NCBI GenBank assembly: GCA_963840455.1
Contig: CAWIYV010000011.1
Location: 32,001-96,000 of the forward strand
Direction of reading: 5' to 3'
From: Nitrospirota bacterium
GTDB lineage: Bacteria; Nitrospirota; UBA9217
Length of the DNA stretch: 64,000 bases
Made by a program: the position numbers and the translations under genes. This document shows positions 20,798 to 31,300 of this stretch, piece after piece. The notes under the pieces were generated by a model. That model made no database searches and had not been told where the DNA came from. It was given only the letters and a program-made list of their open reading frames with translations. Positions within the stretch are counted from its first letter, which is position 1. Every line of letters begins with the position of its first letter.

Positions 20798-21284
20798 ATG
20801 AAAAAGTCCCTATCGCTTGCACTGTTGATTTTCTTTGTGGTGTGTGGTTGCCGCACCAGTCCTGATACGAACATGCAGGCGGTCAAAGATACGGTCCTGA
20901 GGTACAATCAACTCCTTGCCGAGGCATACGCTAGCATGAACATGAACCCCCTTCGGGAAGTGGCGATAGCTGATCAGGCAGCAAAGGAATACCGTCATAT
21001 GGCTGCCCTGGGCGAAGCGAAGATCCGGATGGAGTCCACGTTAAAGAGCATTGAGTTCAACGGGATCACCTTTCCTGGCCGTGATGAGGCGGCGGTGATC
21101 ACTAGAGAGACATGGGATTACACGCACATCGATACAGGGACTCGTGCGACCGGTTAAAGTACAAAAGAACGTTTCCTACACACTTAAATACGCATTGAAA
21201 AAAGAGAACGCACGATGGTATGTCGTGTCCATTGAGGCTGTCGACGAGAAATATTCAAAGGCATTGCGAAGGCGAAGGGAGTAA
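20798..21284 (+). pseudogene. Lipoprotein with a single frameshift near 21149
   Basis: Lipoprotein-like signal MKKSLSLALLIFFVVCGC; ETWDY; coding continues in another frame as VKVQKNVSYTLKYALKKENARWYV. Confidence 0.6.
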
Positions 21285-21405
21285 TAACGGGAAATGAGCT
21301 TGGTGAGTATTAGCAACGATGTCTCCCTCTCTGGGAACACCTGGTGGCTGCCATGCACGATCTTGTGGCAATACTGCTTTCAGTACCGTGATATCCAGAT
21401 AAAAG

Positions 21406-21438
21406 AAAAAGGGGATGATGGTCTGGCCATCATCCCCT
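21406..21438 (-). terminator. Terminator of the ahbD-like gene
   Basis: aggggatgatgg-tctgg-ccatcatcccct preceded by an A run. Confidence 0.65.
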
Positions 21439-21458
21439 GGAGCGTCCGATCTCTTCCG

Positions 21459-22574
21459 TTATTTCTTCTTCACCGGCTCGTAGGTGCAGAACGGCTCGGG
21501 GCCCAGGTAGTCCCCGGACATCGCGAAGGAACGGGCGCGGCAGCCGCCGCACACCTTCCGGTATTCACAGATGCCGCATTTGCCGTGGTAGTGGTCGAGG
21601 TCGCGCATCTCCAGGAAGAGTTTCGAGGTCTGCCAGATCTTCGAGAAGGGCTCCTTCTTGATGTCGCCCGCCTCCTCCTCGAGAAAGCCGCAGATCTGCA
21701 CCTTGCCCACATGGGACACGAAGGCGAAGCTCTGGCCGCCCATGCAGCCCTTGGTCATGGCATCGAAGCCGTGCGACTCGGGCGTGACGGTCTTCCCCTT
21801 TTCCTTCTCGCCCTGGCGGAAGATGCGGTAGTAATGGGGCGCGCAGGTGGGCTTGAACTGGATCGGCACCTTGTCCCTCATTTCATAGAACCACTTGAGC
21901 GTGCTCTCGTACTCCGCCGGCGGGATCTCCTGGTCGATCAGCTCCTTGCCCCTACCGGTGGGCACCAGCAGGAACGGGTGGTACGCCACGGCGCCGAGCT
22001 TGATGACCATGTCGAGGAGCGCCGGGAGGTCCTTCACGTTGTGCTTCGTGATGGTCGTGTTGACCTGGAACTCCATGCCGACCTTTTTGAAGTTCTCGAT
22101 GGCCTTCATCACGCTCTCGAAGGCCCCTTCTACGCGCCGGAAGTTGTTGTGCTGCACCGCGGTCAGGCCGTCGATGGACAGCGACACGCGCATGATGCCC
22201 GAGTCCTTCATCTTCTGCGCCAGCTCCTCGGTGACCAGCAGGCCGCAGGGCGCCATGACCATGCGCAGGCCAAGCTGGGTGCCGTGCTTGGCGATGTCGT
22301 AGATGTCGGCGCGCATCATGGGCTCGCCGCCAGTCAGGATGATGATGGGATCGCTGAAGGACTTGACATCGTCGAGGAACCGGAACGCGTCCTCGGTCGA
22401 AAGCTCGCCCGGATAGGGGCCGTACCGCGCCGCTGCCCTGCAGTGGACGCAGTTCAGGACGCAGCTCCGGGTCACCTCCCAGGCGATGAGCCGGGGGAGA
22501 TATTTCTTTTCCGCGCCCGCGCCTGCGGGATGACCGTGACCGTGTGGCGCTTTCGTTGCATGGGGATGGGACAT
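21459..22574 (-). CDS. ahbD: Radical SAM/SPASM heme b synthase (alternative heme pathway)
   Basis: PRLIAWEVTRSCVLNCVHCRA, LLVPTGRG, KPTCAPHYYRI, SPASM GKCGICEYRKVCGGCRAR; GAAGGAG RBS. Confidence 0.8.
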   Translation of the reverse strand: MSHPHATKAPHGHGHPAGAGAEKKYLPRLIAWEVTRSCVLNCVHCRAAARYGPYPGELSTEDAFRFLDDVKSFSDPIIILTGGEPMMRADIYDIAKHGTQLGLRMVMAPCGLLVTEELAQKMKDSGIMRVSLSIDGLTAVQHNNFRRVEGAFESVMKAIENFKKVGMEFQVNTTITKHNVKDLPALLDMVIKLGAVAYHPFLLVPTGRGKELIDQEIPPAEYESTLKWFYEMRDKVPIQFKPTCAPHYYRIFRQGEKEKGKTVTPESHGFDAMTKGCMGGQSFAFVSHVGKVQICGFLEEEAGDIKKEPFSKIWQTSKLFLEMRDLDHYHGKCGICEYRKVCGGCRARSFAMSGDYLGPEPFCTYEPVKKK

Positions 22575-22592
22575 GAGTGCTCCTTCGGGATA

Positions 22593-22673
22593 TTGAAGCA
22601 CCCTGCAGCAAGCTGCAGGGAACATTCGATCCTCACAGGGTGGTATTATTTCTTCTGATCGTTCGTTTCTGGA
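22593..22673 (-). mobile_element. Internally deleted copy of the 113-bp element upstream of ahbD
   Basis: ttgaagcaccctgcagcaagctgcagggaacattcgatcctc...ctgga followed by ttca; one hairpin missing. Confidence 0.8.
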
Positions 22674-22833
22674 TTCAACTTCTTCCACGGGGCCACGGAG
22701 GCACGGAGAAGGACATGATGTGCTTTAGACACGACTCAGCGGCCTGTGGCAGATATTGATCGTCCGGTATATTAACCAATTGCCTTCAATTAGTAAAGGC
22801 CAAATTCAGGCAGAACCGGCCCCGTTTCCGCGC

Positions 22834-23481
22834 TTATGCGGCAGTGAAAAGCGTCTTCAGCTCCGGGAACGCATGGATGACATGGTCAGGCCCTGCAGCG
22901 CGGAGCTCCGCCTCGGAGCGGAAGCCGTAGGTCACCGCGCAGGTCGTGATGCCCGCGGCCCTGCCCGCCAGCACATCCGTTGTCCCGTCGCCCACCACCA
23001 CGGCATATTCCTTCGCGATGCCGAGGCCCTTCATGATCCTCTGGAATGCGTCCGGCGCCGGTTTGAGCGGCAGTCCTGCGTCGGCGCCGATGACCATGCC
23101 GAAATAGGGCCTGATGCCGAGCTTTTCCAGGAGCGGCTCCGAGAATTCCAGCGTTTTGTTGGTCACCACCGCCATGGGAAGGGACCGGAAATGCTCAAGC
23201 GTTTGCTTGACGCCGGGATAGAGGTGCGAACGGACCACCAGGTTCCGGCTCTGATGGACCGTATAGATCCCGATCGCCTCCTCGAGGAGGTCGGTGTGCT
23301 TGTCGAGGGCCCGGGTGAGCAGCATCGTCATGCCGTCGCCCACGTACTGACGCACCGTGTCCAGGTGGAGCAAGGGCCTGCCGAGGCGGCCCAGCATGAA
23401 ATTGACCGAGTGGGTGATGTCCTCCAGGGTGTCCACGAGGGTGCCGTCGAGGTCGAAGATGAGGAGGCGGATGGGTTTCAT
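22834..23481 (-). CDS. HAD-family phosphatase (Gph/MupP-like)
   Basis: FDLDGTLVD, VVTNK, KPAP, VGDGTTD. Confidence 0.85.
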   Translation of the reverse strand: MKPIRLLIFDLDGTLVDTLEDITHSVNFMLGRLGRPLLHLDTVRQYVGDGMTMLLTRALDKHTDLLEEAIGIYTVHQSRNLVVRSHLYPGVKQTLEHFRSLPMAVVTNKTLEFSEPLLEKLGIRPYFGMVIGADAGLPLKPAPDAFQRIMKGLGIAKEYAVVVGDGTTDVLAGRAAGITTCAVTYGFRSEAELRAAGPDHVIHAFPELKTLFTAA

Positions 23482-23566
23482 ACACAGACGCATGACAGCG
23501 GAGACAGGAGAGGCTCTTTCAATCGTATTGCTCTTACTCCTGAACCCTGGCTCCTGGCTCCTGCCA

Positions 23567-24439
23567 TTATATATCCCCTATTCCCAGGTACCGCTTGGGA
23601 TTCTCCGAGGCGAACTGCAGTGCCCACTCCTGGTGGACGCCGAGGTCGACCAGGTTCTTCATGCAGTCCATCAGGCTGACACCGCTACCCTGCAGAACGC
23701 CGCCGGGCCCGCGGATGGCCCCCTTGCCCCAGCCCGGCCCTTTCACCGAGTCCGAAACGAGGATGATCCGCTCCGGGGACTTCATGTCCAGCACCATCCT
23801 GAGGCTCTGGGGATGGAGATGCGCCAGGTCGGCGATGACCTCCACGTACAAGTCATCGTCCATGAGCCCGAAGCCGGCGAGGCCCGGCTCCCGGTGGTGG
23901 AAGCCGCGCATGGCGTTGAAGAGGTGCGTGATTCCCGTTGCGCCGGCCTGCTTGCCCTCCTCGGCCTGCTCGAAGGTCGCGTCGCTGTGGCCCATCTGGA
24001 CCAGGAACCCCTTCTTGCGGCAGGTCTCGATCAGCTTGAGTGCTCCGGGGAGCTCGGGAGCGATGGTGATGATCCGGATGACGTCCTCGAAGCCATCGAT
24101 CAGGCTGCTGAGCCGCTTCGGCGACGGTTCCTGAAAGCTCTTCCCGTCCAGGCATCCGGCCCGTTCCGCGTTCAGGAACGGCCCCTCCAGGTGGATGCCG
24201 AGGATCGACGCACCGGCCCGCTGGGACGACATGGCTTTTCGGATGGCAGTCATGTTCTCCCGCATGGACTCGATGGCGCCGGGATAGACCGTAGGCACGA
24301 TGGCGCCGGTCCCCCGCTGGCCGTGGATCTCGGCAATGCTCAGGATGTCGTCCTGCCGGCGCGTTGCGGTGTCGTGGGTCCGCGCGCCGTGCACGTGGAT
24401 GTCGATCAGCTGCGATATCGTTCTTACTGCGTAGGCCAT
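23567..24439 (-). CDS. nagA: N-acetylglucosamine-6-phosphate deacetylase (short form)
   Basis: IDIHVHG, GIHLEGPF, TIAPE, GHSDAT, THLFNAM, IADLAH. Confidence 0.85.
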   Translation of the reverse strand: MAYAVRTISQLIDIHVHGARTHDTATRRQDDILSIAEIHGQRGTGAIVPTVYPGAIESMRENMTAIRKAMSSQRAGASILGIHLEGPFLNAERAGCLDGKSFQEPSPKRLSSLIDGFEDVIRIITIAPELPGALKLIETCRKKGFLVQMGHSDATFEQAEEGKQAGATGITHLFNAMRGFHHREPGLAGFGLMDDDLYVEVIADLAHLHPQSLRMVLDMKSPERIILVSDSVKGPGWGKGAIRGPGGVLQGSGVSLMDCMKNLVDLGVHQEWALQFASENPKRYLGIGDI

Positions 24440-24530
24440 AGGTTTAATAAATATTCAAGATTCAAGATTTAAAATCATCAGAGCTGTTCTTCGTCATATG
24501 GATCTTCCTTCTTGAATATTGAATATGACG

Positions 24531-24776
24531 TTACGTTATCATCCCCCGGCGCGAGAAGAACTCGCTCAAGGCGAGCCGCACCACAGCGCCCCGGTCCCAG
24601 GGTTGCTTCAGGTCCCTGGTGAGCTCGGCAGCCACGGCGTCCAGGGCCGGGATGTGCTCGTCCTCAAGCTCGATGGTCACCTCGACCAGTCCGTGTTCGT
24701 GCTCCCCGTGCTCATCATGCTCGTGGCCGTGATGCTCGTGGCCGCAATGTTCGTCGTGTACGTGTTTGTCTGCCAT
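24531..24776 (-). CDS. Small His-rich protein with a possible ribbon-helix-helix domain
   Basis: HVHDEHCGHEHHGHEHDEHGEHEH followed by VEVTIELE...RGAVVRLALSEF; AAGGA RBS. Confidence 0.65.
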   Translation of the reverse strand: MADKHVHDEHCGHEHHGHEHDEHGEHEHGLVEVTIELEDEHIPALDAVAAELTRDLKQPWDRGAVVRLALSEFFSRRGMIT

Positions 24777-24961
24777 GATTATATCCTTCTGATACAACAA
24801 TCAATAGAGGGATCTGAAAGCATCAAAACGGTCTCTCACAAAGCCGCAAAGGACGCGAAGGGAACTGCCAGATTCAGGATACAACACATTGCTTTCTTGC
24901 CGTCCCCCGTGTCTCCGCCCGTCCCTGAGAGGTTCGGTCGGGGATGCCTCTGTGGTAATCA

Positions 24962-25867
24962 TCAGAACAATATCTTCATCATCATCGGCAGCGTGAAGAA
25001 GGATGCCACCGTGGACACCGCAATGCATGTGGCCGCAAGCGGCACGTCCAGCTCGAACTCGTCGGCAAGCACGAGCGAGAGCACCATCACGGGCATGGCC
25101 CCCTCGATCACGACGGCCCGCAGGACATCGCCGCTCATCCCGGCCAGCCGGGCAAAGGCCCACGCGAGGACCGGAGCGAGGAGGAGTTTCACCGCCAGGG
25201 CCGGAAGCGTCACCGGCAGCCGTTTGATGTCCCGAAAGTCCAGGGCGAGCCCGACGGTGAAGATCATGACAGGGATAACCGCCCTGCCCATGAGCTGGGC
25301 GGCGTCGAGCACCGTCTTCGGCACCGGGACCGCATGCGCCGCGACGCCGAGGGCGACGCCCCAGAGCGGCGGGAGCATTAGCACCCGCCTGAGGGACGCC
25401 GCAAGGGATACGGTCCCGCCGCTGCCGAACCGAGCCGCTGTCAGCATGCCGACCGTCAGCAGGACCGGCGTCGTGGCGAGCAGGTCGTACAGGATGGCGA
25501 TGTACCCGTACCGCGAACCGAGGATCTCCGTTATCACCGGGAGCCCCAGGTACGTCACGTTCCCGAAAGCCGCCGACAGCAAGAGGACGCCTATTGCAGG
25601 CCGCGGCGTCGCCCGGAACCATGGCAGACCGAGGTAGAGGGCCGCCCCGGCCGCTAGGCAGAGCAGCGTGACCGCTGCTGCGGTCAGCGGCACGGCGAGA
25701 AAGGTCCGGTCCACCTTCGCCGTGGCCACCAGGCCGAAGGCCAGGGCAGGCAGGAAGAAGTGGAGGACCGTCATGTTCAGCGCGTGTCGGACGCGATGCC
25801 GGTCGAGGCCGCCGGGCTCGAAGAACCGCCACAGATACCCCGCGGCTACGATCAAACCGAATGACAT
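24962..25867 (-). CDS. AEC (auxin efflux carrier) family transporter
   Basis: FFLPALAF, FGNVTYLGLP, KLLLAP, AMPVMV; about 10 TM helices. Confidence 0.85.
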   Translation of the reverse strand: MSFGLIVAAGYLWRFFEPGGLDRHRVRHALNMTVLHFFLPALAFGLVATAKVDRTFLAVPLTAAAVTLLCLAAGAALYLGLPWFRATPRPAIGVLLLSAAFGNVTYLGLPVITEILGSRYGYIAILYDLLATTPVLLTVGMLTAARFGSGGTVSLAASLRRVLMLPPLWGVALGVAAHAVPVPKTVLDAAQLMGRAVIPVMIFTVGLALDFRDIKRLPVTLPALAVKLLLAPVLAWAFARLAGMSGDVLRAVVIEGAMPVMVLSLVLADEFELDVPLAATCIAVSTVASFFTLPMMMKILF

Positions 25868-25954
25868 GAGGACTTTGGTGATGGTGTTCTCCTTTGATAA
25901 AGCATTATACCAGTCCGGCCAGGGGGGTTAAAGGGATATTTTCCCCCGCACCTT

Positions 25955-25983
25955 TTGACATTTCACCGCGCTTTCCTTATAAT
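25955..25983 (+). promoter_or_regulatory. Perfect-consensus sigma70 promoter
   Basis: TTGACA-17 nt-TATAAT. Confidence 0.75.
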
Positions 25984-26014
25984 GGCCGGAAATTATTCCA
26001 CGCAGGAGGGTACC

Positions 26015-26266
26015 ATGGGCTGGAGAGTCACGGTTGAGATACTTGCGGTGCTGATCATGCTGGGCGGGGTCGGCGGAATATTCTACGGCGTGTTCAAAGG
26101 GACCATCGCTCTGAGCGTCAGAACGCTCCAGTTCCTGGCCATCGCCTTTGTCGTACCGGCAGTCCTCATCCTGTCGCTCGAGCGGAGCATCGGCAGCGAG
26201 TCGACCGCGGCTTTGTACGGGACCATTGTGGGGTATGTCCTGGCCGGAGGCGTGAAAAGCGAGTAG
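26015..26266 (+). CDS. Small three-helix membrane protein
   Basis: AGGAGG RBS, consensus promoter, hydrophobic segments. Confidence 0.7.
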   Translation: MGWRVTVEILAVLIMLGGVGGIFYGVFKGTIALSVRTLQFLAIAFVVPAVLILSLERSIGSESTAALYGTIVGYVLAGGVKSE

Positions 26267-26306
26267 CAGGCAATCACAGGGGTATGGCAATGAACGGACG
26301 GCGGGA

Positions 26307-27569
26307 TCATTCCCGCCGTTCTCTTTTCGGCAGGAACGGGATGGTCAGCATGCCGGGGATGGTCAGGAAGCAGACGATAATGAAGAATGTTGTGTAGCCC
26401 ACTTGCTGCTGCAGCCAGCCGGAGAGGAAGCCCGGCAGCATCATGCCCAGCGCCATGATGCCGGTGGAGATGGCATAGTGCGAGGTCTTGAACTTCCCCT
26501 CGGCGGAATACATGAGGTAGACCGTGAAGACCGTGAAGCCCATGCCGTAGCCGAACTGCTCCATCGCCACAAGAGGATAGACGAGATTGAGGGACGGCTG
26601 CTGCCAGGACATGTACACAAAGAACAGGTCCGGCAGGTGCATGGCGACCACCAGCGGCCAGACACAGCGGCGAAGCCCGAACCGGGCGATGAGCCAGCCG
26701 CCCAGAACACCGCCGACCACGAGCGACAGGATGCCGACGGTCCCGTAGACTATCCCCACCTGTGACGTGGTGAGCCCGAGCCCGCCAACCGAACGGCCGT
26801 CAAGCAGGAAGGGAGAGACAAGCTTGAGCAGCATTGCCTCGCCGAGACGGTAAAGCAGAATGAACGCCACGAGCACACCGATCTTCTCCTGCTGGAAGTA
26901 GGCTGTGATGATCTCGCGGAATGAGGTGCCATGCCTCTCGTCTCTTGTCTCTCGTCGCTCGTCCTCCTTCGGAAATGGCAGAAGGACATAATGATAGACA
27001 AAGAGCATGGCGAAGATCCCGCCGGCGGCACCCATGACCAGGGTCCAGCTCTGCGAGATGTTCCCTGCTGCGACCTCGAAGCTTCCTGCAAGGTAGACGA
27101 GCAGCCCCGAGCCGAAGATCATGGCCAGCCGGTAGAACCCCGAGCGAAGGCCAACGAAGAACGCCTGTTCCTTCTCCGTGAGGGCCAGCATGTAGAAGCC
27201 GTCGGTGGCGATATCATAGGTGGCGGAGATGAACGCGCCGGCCACGAATGCGGCGAGGGAGAGAAAGAAGAACGCCGTAGTCGTGAGAGACCAGGCGGTG
27301 AAGAGCATGCAGACGGCCATGGCTGCTTGCGTGGCAATGACCCAGTTCCGCTTTGTGGAGTTCATGTCCACCAGCGGCCCCCAGAGCATCTTGATGACCC
27401 AGGGCAGATAGAGCCAGCTCGTCCAGAAGGCGATGGAGGCGTTGTCCACGCCCATCTTCTTATAGAGGATGACCGAGACCGTGTTGATCAGGATGTAAGG
27501 AAGGCCCTCGCCGAAATAGAGCGAGGGCACGAAGGCCCAAGGGGTGCGGGAAGCGGGTTTGTCAGCCAT
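26307..27569 (-). CDS. AmpG-family MFS muropeptide permease
   Basis: SLYFGEGLP, LPWVIKMLWGPLVD, SATYDIATDGFY. Confidence 0.85.
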   Translation of the reverse strand: MADKPASRTPWAFVPSLYFGEGLPYILINTVSVILYKKMGVDNASIAFWTSWLYLPWVIKMLWGPLVDMNSTKRNWVIATQAAMAVCMLFTAWSLTTTAFFFLSLAAFVAGAFISATYDIATDGFYMLALTEKEQAFFVGLRSGFYRLAMIFGSGLLVYLAGSFEVAAGNISQSWTLVMGAAGGIFAMLFVYHYVLLPFPKEDERRETRDERHGTSFREIITAYFQQEKIGVLVAFILLYRLGEAMLLKLVSPFLLDGRSVGGLGLTTSQVGIVYGTVGILSLVVGGVLGGWLIARFGLRRCVWPLVVAMHLPDLFFVYMSWQQPSLNLVYPLVAMEQFGYGMGFTVFTVYLMYSAEGKFKTSHYAISTGIMALGMMLPGFLSGWLQQQVGYTTFFIIVCFLTIPGMLTIPFLPKRERRE

Positions 27570-27747
27570 GAGGCAAAGAGTAGCAAATCAGGGGGGAACC
27601 GTCCAGAAAAAACGACACGGGACAAAGGGACAGTGGGCACGGAGAACCGGCTAAAGAGACTTTACTTCAAAGAAGAAGCGGAGCGAAGGCATCCATATCA
27701 ATCCTTGATGCACTCCTCGTTTCTGCATCAGGGGGTCAGCGCGTCCG

Positions 27748-28227
27748 CTATTTTGTCTCAGCTTTCGTCTCTGTCCTCGTATCAGCCTTCGGCTCCGGTC
27801 TCGGCTCTGCCTTTGCCTCGGTCTTCAGCAGGCCCAGGCTCTTGTTGGCATCGGGGATAAGCGCGCTGTCGGGGTACTGCTTCATGAACTCGTCCAGCTC
27901 CTTGATCGCGGCCGTGGTATCGCCCTTTTCCGCGAACGCCATCCACTCCTTGAACTCCTTCAGTTCCTCCTCGGTAACCGGCTCTTCGGCCTTCTTTCCC
28001 TTCCAGTAGAGCTTGCTCCTGCCGCTGTCATCCTTTGCTCCGCGCACCCCAGCCACGTCGGTGCTCACCGGCAGCCTCTTCCGGGGCGCGATGACGTCGA
28101 TCTTCTTCTGCAGCTCCTTGAACCATGCGCTGAGACCCGTTTCCCTGGCTGCCGGCCGCTCCTCGGCATAAGCCGTGCCGTACGCTACAGCGATAATGAC
28201 CATCAACCCCAGACATCGTTTGAGCAT
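27748..28227 (-). CDS. Secreted protein with a TPR-like segment
   Basis: Signal peptide, VAGVRGA, AIKELDEFMKQYPDSAL; AGGAGG RBS. Confidence 0.7.
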   Translation of the reverse strand: MLKRCLGLMVIIAVAYGTAYAEERPAARETGLSAWFKELQKKIDVIAPRKRLPVSTDVAGVRGAKDDSGRSKLYWKGKKAEEPVTEEELKEFKEWMAFAEKGDTTAAIKELDEFMKQYPDSALIPDANKSLGLLKTEAKAEPRPEPKADTRTETKAETK

Positions 28228-28319
28228 ATAACCTCCTTATACCGGTTCGACGAAGAAGAAGATCAACCGAAGATGATGCCCTGTCTCCTGTCTCCTGTCT
28301 CCTGTCCTGACCCCCTGCT

Positions 28320-31300
28320 TTATTTCGTGACTCCCAACTCTGCCGCGAGGTCGCCGTACCGGCGCAGGACCCGCGGGTCCTCGGCGACTGCGTCCCTGAA
28401 CACCTTTCTGGCCTCGTCCTTCCTGCCGGCGCGTAAGTGGACCCGGGCAAGGTTCACCATGGTACCCGTGTCACGCGGCTCGGCCTTGAGCGATGCCTCG
28501 TAGGCCTGGCGCGCATCGTCGAGGCGCTCCTGCAGAAGATAGATGTTCCCGATGTTGTTCAGCGCCATGGCGTTCTGCTTGTCCACGGCGAGCAGTTTCT
28601 GGAACTGTTCGAGGGCCTCGGCATACATGCCGTTCTCCCCGTAGAGGATGCCGAGCTGGGCAAGGGCCGTGGCGTCATCCGGCGTCTTCCTGAGCGCAGC
28701 GAGGTAGCCCGCCGAAAGGTTCGTCAGCCGCTGGCGGCCCAGCGTCTCGAGCTCGTCCTTGAACTTCGCCTCGATATCCTCCTGCTTGATCTTGATCTGC
28801 CGCATGTCGGTGGGCGGGAGCGTCACGGGACTGAACTGCTCCCATGCCTTCTGGACCTCGATGATGTCGGTCTTCCCCTTCGCCAGCCAGTCGCGGTATT
28901 CTTCGGCACCTTTCTGCCACGCACGGGTGAAGGTCGAGCCCACCATGGTCATTTCCACCGGCACCCAGACCGTTCCCCGGTGGATGATGAGCAGGGAGTC
29001 GGGGAAGCCCAGGGACTGCTTGTCCGCTTCCGCCAAGCCGGTGTTGAACATGATGAACACATGCCCCGGCACGTCCACCAGCGCGGTGCCGATGCCGATG
29101 TTCTCGAGCGCGGCCAGGAACAGGATCGAGAGGTCGTCGCAGTCGCCGCTCTTTCGCGCCAGCGTGTCGCGGGGGTACTGGACATAGTCCACGGCCCCGG
29201 CTTTCTCAGAGAACTCCTGGAAGGGGCTCGTGGGATCGACGATGTACGACAGGCCGTATACGCCGAGGGCCGCGTAGAGCGTCCTGGCATACACCAGGGA
29301 CGGGTGCAGGTTCGGGTAGGCGTCCACGTAAGGCTGGATCACGCTGCGAGCGAAGTCGGCCACCGGCGGGTCCTTGGGCGTCACGAATGCCCCGATCCTT
29401 ATCTTCTGGTCCCAGGTCATGGCGTGCCGCTCATAGAGCGTGACCGGGAAGCTCCGTTTCACGGTCTTCGCTTCGCCGGCGATGTAGAAGGTCAGGGCGG
29501 CCTCGCTCTGGAGCGGTGTGTTCTCCGTGACCTCGAGGATCCTGTTATTGAATACCGGCTTGATCAGGAGATCCGCTTCCTGCTTCGGGCCGACCTCGAG
29601 CACCGCGATCTCCGTCGGGAAGTCCATGTAGTCCTTGATGGAAAAAGTGAGCATCGCCGCCGGGAAGGGGTTGTCCGTGTTGTTCCTCAGCACGACCTTG
29701 CCCAGGGGGTGGGACTCGTAGTGCTTGTACGCAGACGCGAATATCTCGCGCATTTCGATCCTGACGATCTCCACCGGCGGCGCGGTGAGTGACGCCCGGG
29801 GCGTGGTGGCGAACACCACTTCGCCGGGCGGACTCTCATCGCCTTCCTTGCCCACGGCCGTGACCTGGTAGTAGTACAGCGCCTCGTCAGTAAGCGCCCC
29901 GTCAACGAACAACGGGCGGTCGATCTTGCCGACCTGCTCGAATCCGGTACCGAGCTGCCGCGTCCGGTACACCCGGTAATGGTCCACGAAGGGCTCCAGG
30001 TTCGGTATCCACGAGAGCGTGATCTGCTTCTCCGCCGCGTCGATCCGCATCTTCTTCGGTGAGGTCGGGACGAGCCGCGGCGTGACTGCCGAGACCGTCT
30101 TTGACGGCGCGCTCTCGTTCCCCTCCCTTGCCTGGCCGCTCACCCGGTAGTGGTAGGCCCGGTTGCTCGGAAGCCCGCGGTCCACGAAGAACGGCTCCGC
30201 CGTGGAGGCGAGGAACCTGAACTCGGCGTTCGGCGCGTCGGCACGATAGATCTTGTAGTGCTCCAGGACGCTTTCAGGATTCGGCTTCCAGCTTAGCTGG
30301 ACCTCGTTCATCTTCGGCTGGGCTGCAACATCCGCCGGGACCGACGGTGTCAGCAGGAGCGTGAAGACCTGGACACGGTTGTTGCCGCGGTCTCCCACAT
30401 ACAGCCGCGTACCGCCCTCCAGGGCGAGCCCCGCGGGCGACCGGAACTCGCCGGGGCCCTTCCCTTCATTTCCGAACTTGCGCAGGAACTTGCCTTCCCG
30501 GTCAAAGACCTGGACACGGGCGTTGCCCCCGTCAAGGACGTAGACCTCTCCATCAGGCGAGAGCACGATGCCTTCCGGGTCCTTGAACTCCCCGTCCAGC
30601 CTGCCCGCCTTCCCCGCCTCCCACTGGAGCGCGCCGGAATGGTCGTACTTGGCGATGCGGTTGTTCCCGCGGTCGACGACGTAGATGTTCTCGCTCCCGT
30701 CCACGGCGAGCGCCACCGGCTCGGCGAATTGCCCCTTCTGGCCGCCCGGTCTGCCAAAGGCGCCGAGGAAGAGGCCCTTGGCGCTGAAGACCTGGACCCG
30801 CCGGTTCCCGGTATCGGCGCAAACGATGTTCCCCTTGAGCGTCAGCGCGACAGCGGAAGGCGAGTTGAACTCGCCTTCCTTCGAACCGCTCCTGCCGATC
30901 ACCTGCAGGAGGCTCCCCTCGCGGTTGAACTTCTGTAGCCGGTCGTTGCCCGTGTCGGCGACCCAGAAATTGCCGCTTATGTCCACCGCGATCCCGCGCG
31001 GGTTCTTGAGCATGCCCGGCTCGCTGCCGCGCGCGCCGATCTTCCTGCCGCCGGCAACATTGATTGCGGCAACGGAGTCGCCGGAGATCCCCCAGAGACG
31101 CTTGTCCACCGCGAGGGCGACAACCTCTCCGGGTATTTCCTTGGTGAGCGCAACGGATGCCAACGGAGAGACCGGCCCGAGCGGCTCACCCGCGCCTTTC
31201 TCGCTGGTGAAGACCTGGAGCGTATGCTTGCCGCTGTCCAGGAGGTGGATCCTTGCCTCGCGGTCCACCTTGATTCCCGACGGCTTTATGAACTGTCCCG

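Noticed and set aside
22575-22688. N-terminal extensions of ahbD (to 22688) and uup (to 14305) in the ORF track
   Set aside because: The ahbD extension is translated element sequence and a good RBS precedes the downstream ATG; family homology of uup begins at 14275.
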